From positions 1 to 48,248 of the forward strand of contig JAVJSW010000075.1 of the NCBI GenBank assembly GCA_040219255.1: 48,248 bases of DNA, read 5' to 3'. The DNA comes from Sumerlaeia bacterium. GTDB taxonomy: Bacteria; Sumerlaeota; Sumerlaeia; SLMS01; JAHLLQ01. The notes below the pieces were generated by a model. The model was given only the letters and a program-made list of their open reading frames with translations, was not told where the DNA came from and made no database searches. This document shows, piece by piece, positions 1 to 11,590 of this stretch (positions are counted from its first letter, which is position 1; each line of letters starts with the position of its first letter). The translations under genes and the position numbers were made by a program.

Positions 1-55
1 CCTGCCAGTGCATTCGCTTCGCGCCGGATGTGAAGCCGGGGGTCTTGTGTTCCAT
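1..55 (-). CDS. N-terminus of a putative IS66 accessory protein (TnpA-like), partial
   Basis: ATG at 55 with RBS; translates MEHKTPGFTSGAKRMHWQ…. Its position right inside the left IR is where IS66 orfA lies. Only 18 codons are visible. Confidence 0.45.
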   Translation of the reverse strand, partial: MEHKTPGFTSGAKRMHWQ

Positions 56-139
56 GACCTGCTCTCCGTGTATAAAATGAGGAGGCAGAATCGCACAGGA
101 CCCCGGCGATGGTCAAGATGGGGCTCGTAGGACGTTTAC
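1..139 (-). mobile_element. Left end of a probable IS66-family insertion sequence; continues beyond the window edge
   Basis: On the minus strand the element begins GTAAACGTCCTACGAGCCCC at 139, matching the GTAA(G/A)CG termini of IS66. The host protein's domain-like sequence stops exactly there (…LATLDTTLLLNG|). Inside are a TTGACC -35-like box (111-116) and a GGAGAG RBS (62-67) before an ATG at 55. Confidence 0.65.
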
Positions 140-1229
140 CGCCGTTGAGGAGCAGCGTCGTATCGAGCGTCGCGAGCAGGCCTCCGGCAGCTTCGCTGTC
201 GCCCGTCGCCAGGAGCGTCCAATCGCTGTCGCCGGGGCAGCCCTCAAAGCGGAACTCGAGGTGCCAGCGGTCGAGAATCGGGCTCTCCACAACGCCCAGA
301 ATGTCCGTCGGTTCGGTGATCGAGGCGCCTTCCGTGGGCGAGACGATTTCCACGCGCGGAGCTTCTCCGTCGTCGAGCCCGACGACGAGGCGCGCGACGG
401 CGCTGGCCCCAGTGAAGCCTTCGTTGTCCTCGGCGATGGCGCTGATTCGGTAAACGCCCTCGTCCAGGTTCCGCATGTCCACGCGGTAGGGGAACGTTTC
501 GTCGACGCCCACCAGCTCGCCATTCGCGTAGAACGAAACGCGGGCGATGAAACCATCGGCGTCGAGGGCGAGAGCCCGCACGTCGGCGGTCTCGCCGGGA
601 TTGAGGAACGTGCCGTCGGCCGGTGTTTTCAGCGTCACCGTGGGCGCCACGCGCACCGTGACGAGCACCACGTCGCTCGCCGCCAAATCGCCGTCGCTGG
701 CCATCAAACGCAGGGCGTAAATGCCGGGGGCGCTGAACTGGGCCTGGGTTTGCGGCGCGCTGGCGTCGGCGAACGTCACCGCGCCGGGGCCGGAAAGTTT
801 CTGCCACTCAAAGGTCAATGCCGCGCCCAGCGGCAGGCCGTCGTCGCTGGCTGAACCGTCGAGCGATGCGCTCGCCGGCATGGCCACGATGGCGTCCGGC
901 CCGGCGTCGACCACCGGCCCGACGTTGGGCCGGTGGTCGACCGTAAGCCTCATCGTCCCAGTTGTCCAGAGTTCGCCGTCGCTCGCCGCCAGGGCGACGC
1001 GATACTCGCCCGCGCCGGTCACCAGGGCGGGCGTTTCCAGATCCGCCGGTGCCTCGATGGCGAGGCTGCCCGGGCCGTCGAGAAGGCTCCAGCGCGTCGT
1101 CAGCGTCCCCGTCGCGGGCAGGCCATCGTCCGCCACCAAACCCGATAGCGTCAGCGATCCCGTCGTCTCCGTCGTCAGTTCCATCGTCCGCGACGCCGCG
1201 ACGCGCACCCGCGGCGCCCGGTTCCCGGC

Positions 1230-4200
1230 GGCGAGAGGGCAGCGCCCGTACTCGCCCGCGCCGTGGATGGCGGCGATTTCCGCCGGCTCCAGCGCCCGCC
1301 CGTGGAACCCGATTTCATCCAGCGTTCCCTCCAGCGAGCTGCCCCAAAGGAAGTCCTCGCCCGTTGGGAACACATGACTTTGCAGACCGGTGATCTGCGC
1401 GTCCGGAACGCCGTCGATAAAGACGGCCGCCACACCGCTGGCGCGGTCGAAGGTCATCGCCACGTGGCTCCAGACGTTCTGGGGCTTCGCATAGCTCGTC
1501 AGGATCGTGCGCGAACTACCGGTTTCGGAAACGAGCGTCGCCTGCAACCGCCCGAATCCGCTCCGTCCCCCGAAAAGGTCGATCCGCGTCCCGCCGCCCC
1601 AGCTCACGTACGTTGAAACCTGCCGGTTCAGAACCCAGAACTCGACGGTGAACGCGTCGCGCAAACCGAGGTCGATGGCCGGCGCCGAGGCCACGCGGAA
1701 CTTGCTTTCCACCGCCTGGTCAAAGGGCAAACCGAGCCCCACCTTGCCGGGCCCATAGGTTGTCAGACCCGAGGTCTGCTCGGCCACCAGCCCACCCACG
1801 GCGTCCACCAGCGTCCCATTGCCGGACCACCAGGCCAGCAGGCTGTCGCCGCCCGCCACGACACAGGGCGAATCGACACGGACTTCCGCGATGTCGCTCG
1901 CCCGGGCCAGTCCATCGCTCGCCGTCAATTCCAGCAGGTACAGGCCCGGCGCGGTGAAATTGGCGGTCGTCTCGAAATCGGCGGCATTGGCGAAGGCCAC
2001 GACGCCGGGGCCGGCGAGCAGCCTCCAGGCGGCCGTCAGGCCGCTCTCGCCCGGCAGCCCATCGTCGAGCGCCGAGCCCGAAAGCACGGCGCCCTCGCCC
2101 ACCGAAACGGCGATGTCCGGCCCCGCATCGACGAGCGGCGCCAGGTTGTCCCCGCCGGCGCACTTGCCCGACGCGCCAGCCAGATAGATCGCCACGAGGG
2201 CGGGCGATGACAGAGGCCGCGAGTAGAAACCGACCTCGTCCAACGCCCCCTGGAATTCGCTCGCCGTGCTGGAGTTGAGCCGCGACGCGCGGCCAAAGAA
2301 CAGATCGCCAGCCGTCTTCACCCGGCCACCCGTGGTCAGCGACGTCGCCGCAACCAAAACACCATCGGCGAAAAGCTGAGCCACTGAATCCCCATAATCC
2401 ACCCGCAACGCCACATGGGTCCAGGCGTCACCCGACAGCACATCGTTGCCCGTCATCGTCCTAACCGTAGTCGATCCAGCCAACGGCAGCCGAACCTCCA
2501 CGTCCTTGCTATCGTAGCGGTACACATTGATCTCCAGACCACCGCTCCAACGCACAATCGGCCGGCTGCTGCCCCCCGCGGCAGCGGCGTCGGGCTTCAT
2601 CCAGAACTCGACCGTGAACCCATCGGCCCCGGCGCCCAGGTCCAGATCGCCATCATGCTCAATCAGCGCGCCGTCGCCGTCGCCGTCGAAAGCGAACGCC
2701 GCGGCCACCGTTCCCGTCGTGTAAGACGAGTCGCCGTAGAGAAGCGCCTCGCGCCCGGCGACCGCGTCGCGGTGCGTGCCGTCGCCCGTCCACCAGGCCA
2801 CGACGGAGGCATCCGCCTCCGCCAAGCACGGTGTATTGACGCGAACGGTCATCAGGTCACTGCTCGCCGCCAGGCCATCGCTGGCCGTCAGGCGCAGCAC
2901 ATACTGCCCATCCGCGTCGAAGGCCGCGGTCGTGCGCGCGTCCGCCGGGTTCGCGAACAACGCCATCCCCGGGCCGAAGAACTGCTCCCACTCCGCCGTC
3001 AGTTCGCCGCCAGCGGGCAAACCGTCGTCGCTGACCGCGCCTTGAAGCGCGAGCGCTTCGCCCCCTTGCCAGACCAAGTCCGGCCCGGCGCCGGCCACCG
3101 GCGGCGCGTTGCCATCGGGCGGACAGCGATCCACCGCGCCCGTCGCGACGATGGTCGCCAAATCCTGTTGGCTCAATGGCCGGCGATGAACCGCCAAGTC
3201 GTCCAAAGCGCCCTGGAAAAACTCCGCGAGCCCAATCGAAGCGCCAAACTCCAGCCGGCTGTCCGTCGACAACGGCGCCGTCGAAACCAGCGCCCGGGTG
3301 GCCACCGGCACGCCGTCGATCGCCATCGTGAACACCCCGGCCCCGCGATCCACCACCAAAGCCAGGTGCTGCCAAACGCCCGGCGCCAAGGGGCTGATCG
3401 AAGCCGACCATGTTTGCTCGGCCCCATCGGCGAACTTCAAATCCACGCGCGGCGTGTAGCCGATGAGGGTCAGCCCCATCTTGTTCGTCAGCATACCCGG
3501 CACGTCGCTCGACGGCCATTCCACCAGGCGCTGGCGCGCGCTGCCCCGCCCCGCCGACGGATAAATCCAGAACTCGACCGTGAACCCGCCCGCCGATTCG
3601 CCCAGCGTCCGCAAGTCCCCCCCATCGGCCACCGCGCTGTCATCGATCCCATCGAAAACGAGCCCCGTCAGCGCCCGACCCGGCCCAAAGTCAAGGCCTC
3701 CGCGCCGGGCCAGATCCGCTCCGCCCACCACATCGGCGCCGTCACCGTTTGCCGGCCACCACGCCACCAGCGGCGATTGCTCCGACGCGAAACAGGCCGG
3801 ATCGATGCGCACCACGATGCGGTCGCGCTCCACCGCCAACCCATCGTGCGCCTCGAGTTGCAAGAGGTATTGCCCCGGCGCGTCGAACGCTGCACTGCTG
3901 CGCGACGAATAAGGCTCGGCGATGACGCCCTGACCCGGACCCTCGAGCACCGACCACGTCGCGATCAACAACTCGCTCGGCAAGCCATCGTCGAACACCG
4001 CGCCAAACAACTCCACTGGCTCGCCCACAATCCCCACTGCGTCCGCGCCAGCCGAAACCCGCGGCGCCGAGTTGCCATCGGCCGGGCAGCGCCCCAATCC
4101 CCCGGCGGAGAAGATCCCGTAAACTTCCTCGCCATCGAGCGCCCGCGCCGTCATCGCGATCTCGTCCAGCATCCCCTCGAAGTGATTCACGTTACTGATT

Positions 4201-6000
4201 TGACTTCGGTTGCCAAAGTACACATCGCCCGTCGTGTCGAACGCCGCGCGTTCCAGATCGTCCATCAAATCGACCGGCACGCCGTCCAGATAGAGCCACG
4301 CCTCCTCCAGCGCCGCATCGTACGTCAGCGCCACATGATGCCATTGCCCAGCGATCAGTAAGTTGTCCGTCCTCAGCCTCGCGCCATCCTCCAGCCGGAC
4401 CTGCACGCCCACTGTTTGCCCCGCCGATTCATTCGTCTCGAAGCTTAACCCATAATCCAGGCCGACGTTGTCCTGACCCGCGTTCCATTCGAGCAAAACC
4501 TGGCCATCGCCCACCGTTGGCCGGACCCAGAAATCGACCGTGAAACCACGCGCCGCCTCCGCCAGATTCAGCTCCGGCGCCGCCGTCACCCGCGCGGCCG
4601 CCGACTCGCCATCGAAGGCGAACCCGCTCAGGACCACGCCCGACTCGAACGCGGCGCCGCCCACCAAAACCGCGTCGTGCCCCCCGGCCACATCCACCCC
4701 GGTGCCGTTCCCCGGCCACCACGCCACCAACGCCTCGTCGCGTGCGGCCTCGCACAGCGCATCCACCCGCATCTCGACCAGGTCGCTCGCGTAGGCCAAC
4801 CCGTCATTGGCTTCCAACTTCAGCAAATACAATCCCGGAGCATCGAACGTGGCCGATGTTTCCACCGCCTCCGCGTCGCCGAAAACAACGCTTCCCGGGC
4901 CGGAAACTTTCTCCCACCGCGCGCGAATCCCGCCCCCGTCAAAGGGCAGCCCATCGTCCGTCACTTCGCCGCGCAGAGCCAGCGGCTGGCCCGCCGAACC
5001 GCTGCAGTCCATGCCCGCGAACACCACCGGCGACCGGTTGTCCGGCGGGCATTTGCCGACGTCGCCGGAGCCATATATCGCGGCGACTTTCTCGGCGCTC
5101 AGCGCTTCGTTGTAGAAGCACACCTCATCGAGCATCCCCGGCAGAAAATACTGCGTCCCGAGGCGGCTGCCAAAATACAAATCCGAATCCGTCAGCGTCG
5201 CGACATTCTGTAAACCGGCCTTGAAATCCACCGGTGCTCCATCGGCGTACAGCCACGCCTCGCCCGTGCGCCGATCCAGCGTCACCGCGTGATGCGTCCA
5301 CATTCCCGGCGCCGCGCCGTTCGCCGTGCGCAGCTCGATTCCGCTGGCCAGCCGCACCCGGATTTCATTGCTGCCGCCTTCGCGCCGGATCGAAAGCCCC
5401 TCGCCGCCGGCCACCGTCGATTGGGCATCGTGCCATTCGATCACCACCGGATCGCTCGCGCTCGGCCCATCGTAACGCAGCCAGAACTCGATCGTGAATC
5501 CGTCCTCCGCCACGTCCAGATTGAACGCCCCGTGCTGATCCACCCGGGCGAAATCATCGATCCCGTCAAAGCGCAACCCGCGCGAAATCAGCCCCCGCTC
5601 GATCACCGCCCCGTTCGTCAAGTACGCGATCGTATTGCGGACGATGTCCTCGCCGCTGCCCTCGAAATCCCACCACGTGGCGATGCTCGCGGGCGTTTCC
5701 ACATAGCACGGCAGCGCCACCCGAACCGCCATTTCATCCTCGAACGTTTCCTCCGAATCGTCCGCCACCAGCCGCAGCCGGTAAATCCCCGGCTCGGCGA
5801 AGATCACCGTCGGCTCGGTCGAAGCCGCGTCGCTGAACTGCACCGCCTCCGGCATCGTCATCTCGTCCCACGCCACCGTCACGCCCGTTCCAAAGGGCAA
5901 CCCATCATCGGAAACCAGCGCCCGGAATGGGTATCCGGTCCCCGCTTGCGTCAGGTACGGATTCCCCTCGATCGTCGCCACCGGCCCCCGGTTCACCGGC
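1230..6000 (-). repeat. Five ~960-bp PKD-like + LamG (concanavalin A-like) module repeats
   Basis: xDDGLP recurs at ~5905, 4955, 3990, 3025 and 2065. WWxG(N/D)G-type starts, FDG, FT(V/I)(E/D)FW, W.HVA and GxLDE motifs recur. Each LamG is bracketed by Cys residues. Confidence 0.85.
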
Positions 6001-7779
6001 TCCAACTGCAGCACGATGTCGTCGCTTCGCACATCGCCGTCCCGGTCCGCCGTCAACCGCAGCACCCACCGCCCCCAATCCGAAAACCGCACCTCCGAAT
6101 GCAGCGCCTGCGGGTCGTCGAAAACCGCCTCCGCCTCCCCGTTCGGCCGCTCCACCACGGACCACTGTACCGGCAGGTCGTTCGTCTCGTAACCCGTATT
6201 GTGATAGAGCTTTCCGTACAACTGATGGGGCAGCGGCCACTCGTGCTCGCCGTCCGCCCCCGCATCCACCCGCCATTGCGGCGCCGCGCCGGGCGCCGCG
6301 TAGCCCTCCGTCCCCACCGTCACATCGTAAACCACCGGTGAAATCGCCCGGCTCGACGATTCGAAAACCGCCTTCATGAACAGATAACGCCCGGTCCCAT
6401 CTAGCCCCACGTTGCCGAAATCCACCTCGCGCAGGTCGTCCTCGACAAAGGCCTCCGGGTCATCGGTCGCCGCCGCATAGAAAGTCACATCGCCATCGTT
6501 GCAGACCTCCGCCGTCCAGCGCATCGGCCCCCAGGACGCCCCCTCGATCTCGCCATCGTACATCACCGACCAGAACGCATCGTAATTCCCCGTCGCGTCA
6601 CCCGACGACTGAAACAGAATATTCATTCCTGTCATGTCGCCAAAGTGATAAGCTCCAGCCCCATAACTCGTCGTCACCAGTTCAATCTCGCCCAGCGCCG
6701 TCTTACCATCGGCGCCGATGGGCCCCGCGTCCGGATCGATGCGAACCGCCCTCCCATCATATCCCGCCACCCAAACCTTGCCGTTCTTGTCCGTCGATAC
6801 CCCGCTCGACGAAACCGGCACAGGCAAGAAGCCCAGCAGTTCACCCTGCGAATCCAGTTTCATCACCTGATCTCTTGGCGGATAAGGCGCGATATAAACA
6901 TTGCCATGGAAATCGCAGGCCAAGACCTGAGGACCGTACTGGGTATAGTCCTTCTCCACCAAGACCTCGCCGTTGAGATCGTACTTATGAACGACTCTAC
7001 CGCTTCGCCAAACGCCACCTCGATTGTCGAGGGCCAGACAATACCCAAAATACAATTCGTCCCAATAAACGCCTTGCGGAGAATTTAGAGGGAAATCCGT
7101 GTTCCAGCGAAGCAACCCCCGCGTCGACCAAAGATAGCCATTGAACGTCATCAGTGCATGATATCCCGATGACGTGCCGACCGTGCCAGGACGAGCCACT
7201 TCCGTTCGAAGAATTTCCCCCGTCTCTCCATCCACCAACTTCCAGGTCCCCCGGTTGAATCCCCAACCGCTTGCCCAAACGTTGTTTTCCGGCGTCACCG
7301 CCAAAGCACGCGCCTTGCCTACCCCTATATCCACGTGATGAACGATCAACTCATCCTCCGCATCCATCGCCGTCTCGCCAACCCACGGCAACAGAACGCC
7401 AGCGCGAGGCGATGTATCCAAGACCCCGTTTCCATTCTTATCGATCCACCGGCCCGATTCCGGAGTTACAATATGTGTAATCGTATTTGTTTCCCGGTTG
7501 GCCACCCACACGCCACCGAAGCGATCGACTGCCGTACGGGACGGCCCCAGAGAAGCGCTCCGGCCCTGAGGTCCCGTATAATAACTTCCCCTCCCGCGCC
7601 CATCGTGAATGTCGTAGCGATGTATCGTGCCCCGCCTGGAGTTCGCCAGCCATACATTGTTGAAGTTCGAGTCGGATGCCGTTCCATCCAACATCAGTTG
7701 ATTCGGCTCGATCGGAGGCAAGCGATACCTCTGACCCTCATCGAAATCGCCCGACGTCGTAAAGACCCGGTTCCGCACA

Positions 7780-9480
7780 TAAGGGTTGATGACAAGGCGG
7801 AACGTTTGACTCTCCGACAAATCCACACCGCCATTCTCCATCCCATCATCGTCCCGCACCGCCACCGAGAACGTCACTTCTCCATAACGCTTCGCTTCCA
7901 GCACAAACGTCAGCGTCCCAGACGTATCGATCATTGGCTCATGCACAAAAAAGGACGTGTCGCTGACATCCGCGACAATATACGAATGAACCCGCTGACC
8001 CGCTTCATTTTCAACTCCGGGATCGAACGCAGCCCAGGCCTCAAACGTATGCGTCCGCGTCGTCGCGCCCTCGTCCACTTCCACCTCCGAAGCCATGAAA
8101 GAAGGCGCGTCATTCACCGCCAGTACCTCAAACATTACAACCGCGGGAGGTGAATCGGCCAATCCGTCGTTGGCCACGTAAATCACCTGATCGAAACCAT
8201 TGAAGTCCGCGTCTGGAATATATTCATAGTCCGCCCTACTTCCCACCAGTCGACCGTTCGCCGGTCCCTCGATAACATCAAATGTCAGTTCCGCTCCCTC
8301 GACGTCAAAACCCGAAAGTCGGAACGGGGCGGAATCATCTTCCAGCAGCGTAACCATGACATCATCAGCCACCGGAGGATCGTTGACCGCCATGATCTCG
8401 AACCAGACCGTACCGATATCACTCAAACCCTCCGGGTCGGTCACGCGATATGTCAACGAATCGGTTCCAAAAGCATCGCTGTAAGGCCAATAGATCAGCT
8501 CCGGCAATTCGCCCGACAGAACACCCAGGCTCGGAGAAGTCACAATTTCATAAAACAAGGAATCGCCATCGACATCTTCCCCGCGAAGCAGAAATGACGT
8601 CGATGTGTCCTCGTCCAGAGTGACGTATAAATCCTGGCTAACGGGACTGTCATTCACCGCGGTCACAAGAATTCGAATCTCAGCCTCCGGCGAAGTCAGA
8701 CCAGACGGATCCCGCGCCACGAATGAAAGGGAATCCTCTCCGAAAGAGTTCGCGTTCGGAACATAAGTGGACCCAACGCCGTCGCTCGCAAGCATACCGA
8801 ACCGCGGAGACTCCGTTATCAAAAAGTGGATCGAGTCCCCGTCCGGATCTTCTCCCGTCAGCGACAAAGAAAGAGACGTATCCTCCTCGGTCGACACCAC
8901 TTGCGGATACGCCACAGGCGGATCGTTGACCGGCAGTACAGTGATCAGGACCACCGCCTCCTCGCTATCGGTCGTACTGTCGGAAACCAATAACACAAAC
9001 GAATCCGGTCCGAAATAGTCCGGAAAAGGCGTGTACACATACACACCGGCCGAACCGCCAACTTCAGTTAATGTACCAAAGCCAGGAAATTCGATGATCG
9101 TGTAGCTCAGCACGTCCCCATCGATATCGTCAGCCAGCAGTTCCAGCAAATACGACTCGTCCTCCAATACCGTAATCTCCGCATCGTAGGCCCTGGGAGG
9201 ATCGTTGACGGGAATGACCGTAATCGATACGGTCCCGGTGTTACTACTCAGCTGTCCATCATTCGCCCGGAATGTGAACGCGTCGGTACCAAAAAAATCG
9301 GGAAAACCACGATACTCATAGAACGGCGCGTCTCCCGAAAGAGTACCGCTCGTCGGCTCGGAAACCACCTCGAAAGTCAACGGATCATCGTCCGGATCGT
9401 CCGCCAGCACTTGCAGCGAAATCGTCGTGTCCTCATCTCCCGAAGCGGACCAATCATAGGCCACTGGCGGCCGATTCGGA
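7780..9480 (-). repeat. Five tandem-95/Big_9 (cadherin-like Ig) repeats plus one related Ig module
   Basis: NRPPVA/VNDPPxA/VNDSP/VNDAP starts recur every ~270-280 bp, with ED, DxDGD and FGxDxF motifs. Confidence 0.8.
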
Positions 9481-9562
9481 ACCGGCGTCGGTGTCGGTGT
9501 CGGCGTTGGACTGTCCGTCGGTGTCGCCGTCGGAGTTGAAGTAGGCGTCGGAGTCGCCGTAC
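9481..9562 (-). repeat. Pro-Thr low-complexity linker (TATPTPTSTPTATPTDSPTPTPTPTPVP)
   Basis: Degenerate 6-bp tandem repeats (gtcggt/gtcggc). A second shorter PT linker lies at ~10400-10446. Confidence 0.85.
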
Positions 9563-9599
9563 CATCGCCCCCGTTCAAACTCGGGACGCAGGCCATCGT

Positions 9600-10340
9600 C
9601 GGGTGATGATTGAATTGCCCATAGCCCGTGACAGAAACCGCCACCATGGTGCCGTAGATCACCCCATTGTCGAAGGTCACATCGGCGCGCGGAGAAAACA
9701 CCGATCCCGGCACGCCCACCCCGTTGAGTTGTAGTTCCGTCGCGTCGGCAAAGTGAAAATCACCCGTTCGGCCACCACACCATTCGCCAGAGCAAAACCA
9801 AATTGCCGCATGCGCGCGCTAGCTTCGCCGGCGATGTTGACCAGGGCGCTCGAACCACTCGGAATGTTAATGCTAAACGTGTTCGCGTTCCACAAATCGC
9901 CACTCTGAACCACAAAAACATTCGTCTCCGCCTCCGTCCCCGCCAGTGTTATCTGACAAGTCGAACCGCCCCAGTAATGAACCGTCGTCGAACCGGTCGG
10001 CGCCAGGTCCCGCCAGGCATCCGACAGCGCCAGCAACCGGCTCTCCGCAGCCCAGAAATCGATTGGGCTCCCCTGTTCCACGGTCCCGCCAACATGGGTG
10101 TTCTGAGCGATCTGCACCGACTTGCTATAAACGATCGACCCGTTGTTCACGGAACCGTTCGAAAAATCCAGATGCCCCCCAACGATCAAATCGACCCGCT
10201 CCACACCCTCAAACGGAAGACTCGAACCCACCGAATAGCTCGCCAGCGCCGCGTCCCCGCCCACCGCCATCCGCCCCTCCGTATCCGTCCCGGTTTGCGA
10301 GATATCACCGAACAAGAACACGTTAAACCCGCTTGCCACA
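9600..10340 (-). other. Choice-of-anchor A domain spanning the frameshift
   Basis: FNVFLFGD…DTEGRMAVGG, LIVGG, SPIDF, ALVNIAG, then VIF[N/H]FADAT, GSVFSPRA and GQFNHHP: the typical motif order of this domain. Confidence 0.75.
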
Positions 10341-10459
10341 TCCAGCCCCTGCCCCACAACACACGGACCCAAATCCCCATCCCCCGGAAGCGGCGCCGCT
10401 GTCGGAGACGCCGTGGGTGAGGGCGTCGGAGTCGGCGTCGCCGTCACCTCGCCCGAAAA

Positions 10460-10900
10460 TGGCTCGCTGCCAAAAACTAATTGAGACCCCGCATAAACAG
10501 GTATATTGGATGTTGTCTGAAACGAAGTACTAAGTCCTTGGTACGCCGGATCGTTCGACCCATTCCACGCCTGCTGCCAACCCGATAGCCGCGGCCGCAA
10601 TTGCAGTTCACAACTCTGCCCCGGACTCAGCGACTGAATCCACTCGACTTGAATATAATAAACATCATCGTGCCAATGCGCCGGCGGCCCGATCGAAACC
10701 TGGCCGCACTGACTCCAAAACACATCCGTCACCACATTCTGCGCACCCAACCCAGCCGCAAACACCTCGGATAAATCAAAGAACAACCTTGCCGAAAACG
10801 GACCCGCCGTCGGGTAAGGCGAACCGTTGACAAGACGCAGTTTATACTGCGTTTCCTGCGGGCTTTGGAGCCAACCCTGCACAGCTGCCTCCAGCCGCAC
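10460..10900 (-). other. CBM3-like (CBM3c type) carbohydrate-binding module in the giant protein
   Basis: Motifs RLFFDLSE, VYYIQVEW, ELQLR, WNGSNDPAYQGL and NIPVYAGSQLVFGSEP resemble the CBM3 modules of GH9 cellulases; a Pro-Thr linker follows. Confidence 0.7.
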
Positions 10901-11331
10901 TCCCTGGGCGAAACACCGGTCGCTCAGGCCGACGAATACAGCGGCCGCGATCAAAACGAACAACGCCGCCACCCACCCGCGAAATGTTCCATTGATAGGA
11001 GATAAGCATCCCCCGGCGTTCGGCTGATTGAACATGGGATCGGTCGTCCAGGAATACCGCGAATCCCCTTCATCGGTCTCGTGAAGGACTTCGCGACGTG
11101 TAATAGCGAGCCGCGCAATACTGCACGCCCCAAACCCCAAGAACTCAGACCTTTGCCGAACCCTATAGAGTCATTGATTGTGTGTCACAAAAGTCTTCTC
11201 TCAACGACCCGCACCCCAACACAAGGGGAATTTACTTGAACCTGGGAAAATGTGAGCCACCTGCCCCGGTGTCGCTCCACCCTGCACTCGGGAATCCCTC
11301 CAATGACGGGAGACTGGCAAGTTGGAGGCAC

Positions 11332-11363
11332 AAAAAATCGGGCCGAGGAAATCCTCGGCCCGA
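11332..11363 (-). terminator. Rho-independent terminator downstream of tRNA-Leu
   Basis: Perfect 12-bp inverted repeat TCGGGCCGAGGA/TCCTCGGCCCGA followed by T6 on the minus strand. Confidence 0.85.
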
Positions 11364-11388
11364 AAGCTGATCTTTGGGATCGAATGGG

Positions 11389-11475
11389 TGGTGCCGTCGA
11401 ATGGAGTCGAACCATCACTCCCTTGCGGGAACACGGACCTGAACCGTGCGCGTCTGCCAATTCCGCCACGACGGC
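11389..11475 (-). tRNA. tRNA-Leu (anticodon CAG)
   Basis: GCCGTCG acceptor stem, D arm TGGCGGAATTGGCAGACGC, anticodon arm CACGG-TTCAGGT-CCGTG, long variable arm, GGTTCGACTCC T loop, encoded CCA; 87 nt. Confidence 0.97.
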
Positions 11476-11590
11476 ACAACGTCTGCGGCATCCACTCTCG
11501 CGAGCGGGACGAAATGCTGCCGAAATCCGGCGTCCCTTGGCAAGGGGATTCGTCAGCCCTCCACGCATTTTTTCCGCCCACGCTACACCC

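Larger units (their letters stand above)
140..11035 (-). pseudogene. Giant secreted multidomain adhesin / probable RHS-type protein (CBM3-like, choice-of-anchor A, tandem-95/Big_9, beta-propeller, 5x PKD-like+LamG, Ig-like); frameshifted and IS-interrupted
   Basis: The 5' part is ORF 9677..11140 (likely start ATG 11035, hydrophobic signal-like segment). After a 1-nt shift at ~9753 the frame continues FADATELQLNGVGVPGSVFSPRADVTFDNG…. The ORF track lists no closed ORF in that frame between 1 and 9752, and codon phase at 9752 and 149 agrees, so the frame appears open down to the IS junction. Confidence 0.85.

Noticed and set aside
2415-8153. Long + strand ORFs (2415..4361, 5289..6341, 7335..8153 and others)
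   Set aside because: Arg/Pro/His-rich antisense shadows of the giant minus-strand gene; no motifs.
9745-9765. Programmed -1 ribosomal frameshift
   Set aside because: No canonical X XXY YYZ heptamer in frame; kept only as an unexplained indel.
11113-11135. Sigma-54 promoter for the giant gene (GGCGTGCAGTATTGC)
   Set aside because: The GG-to-GC spacing is off by one base.
11200-11389. Integrative element at tRNA-Leu
   Set aside because: No integrase and no duplicated tRNA 3' end within the window; the native terminator directly follows the tRNA.
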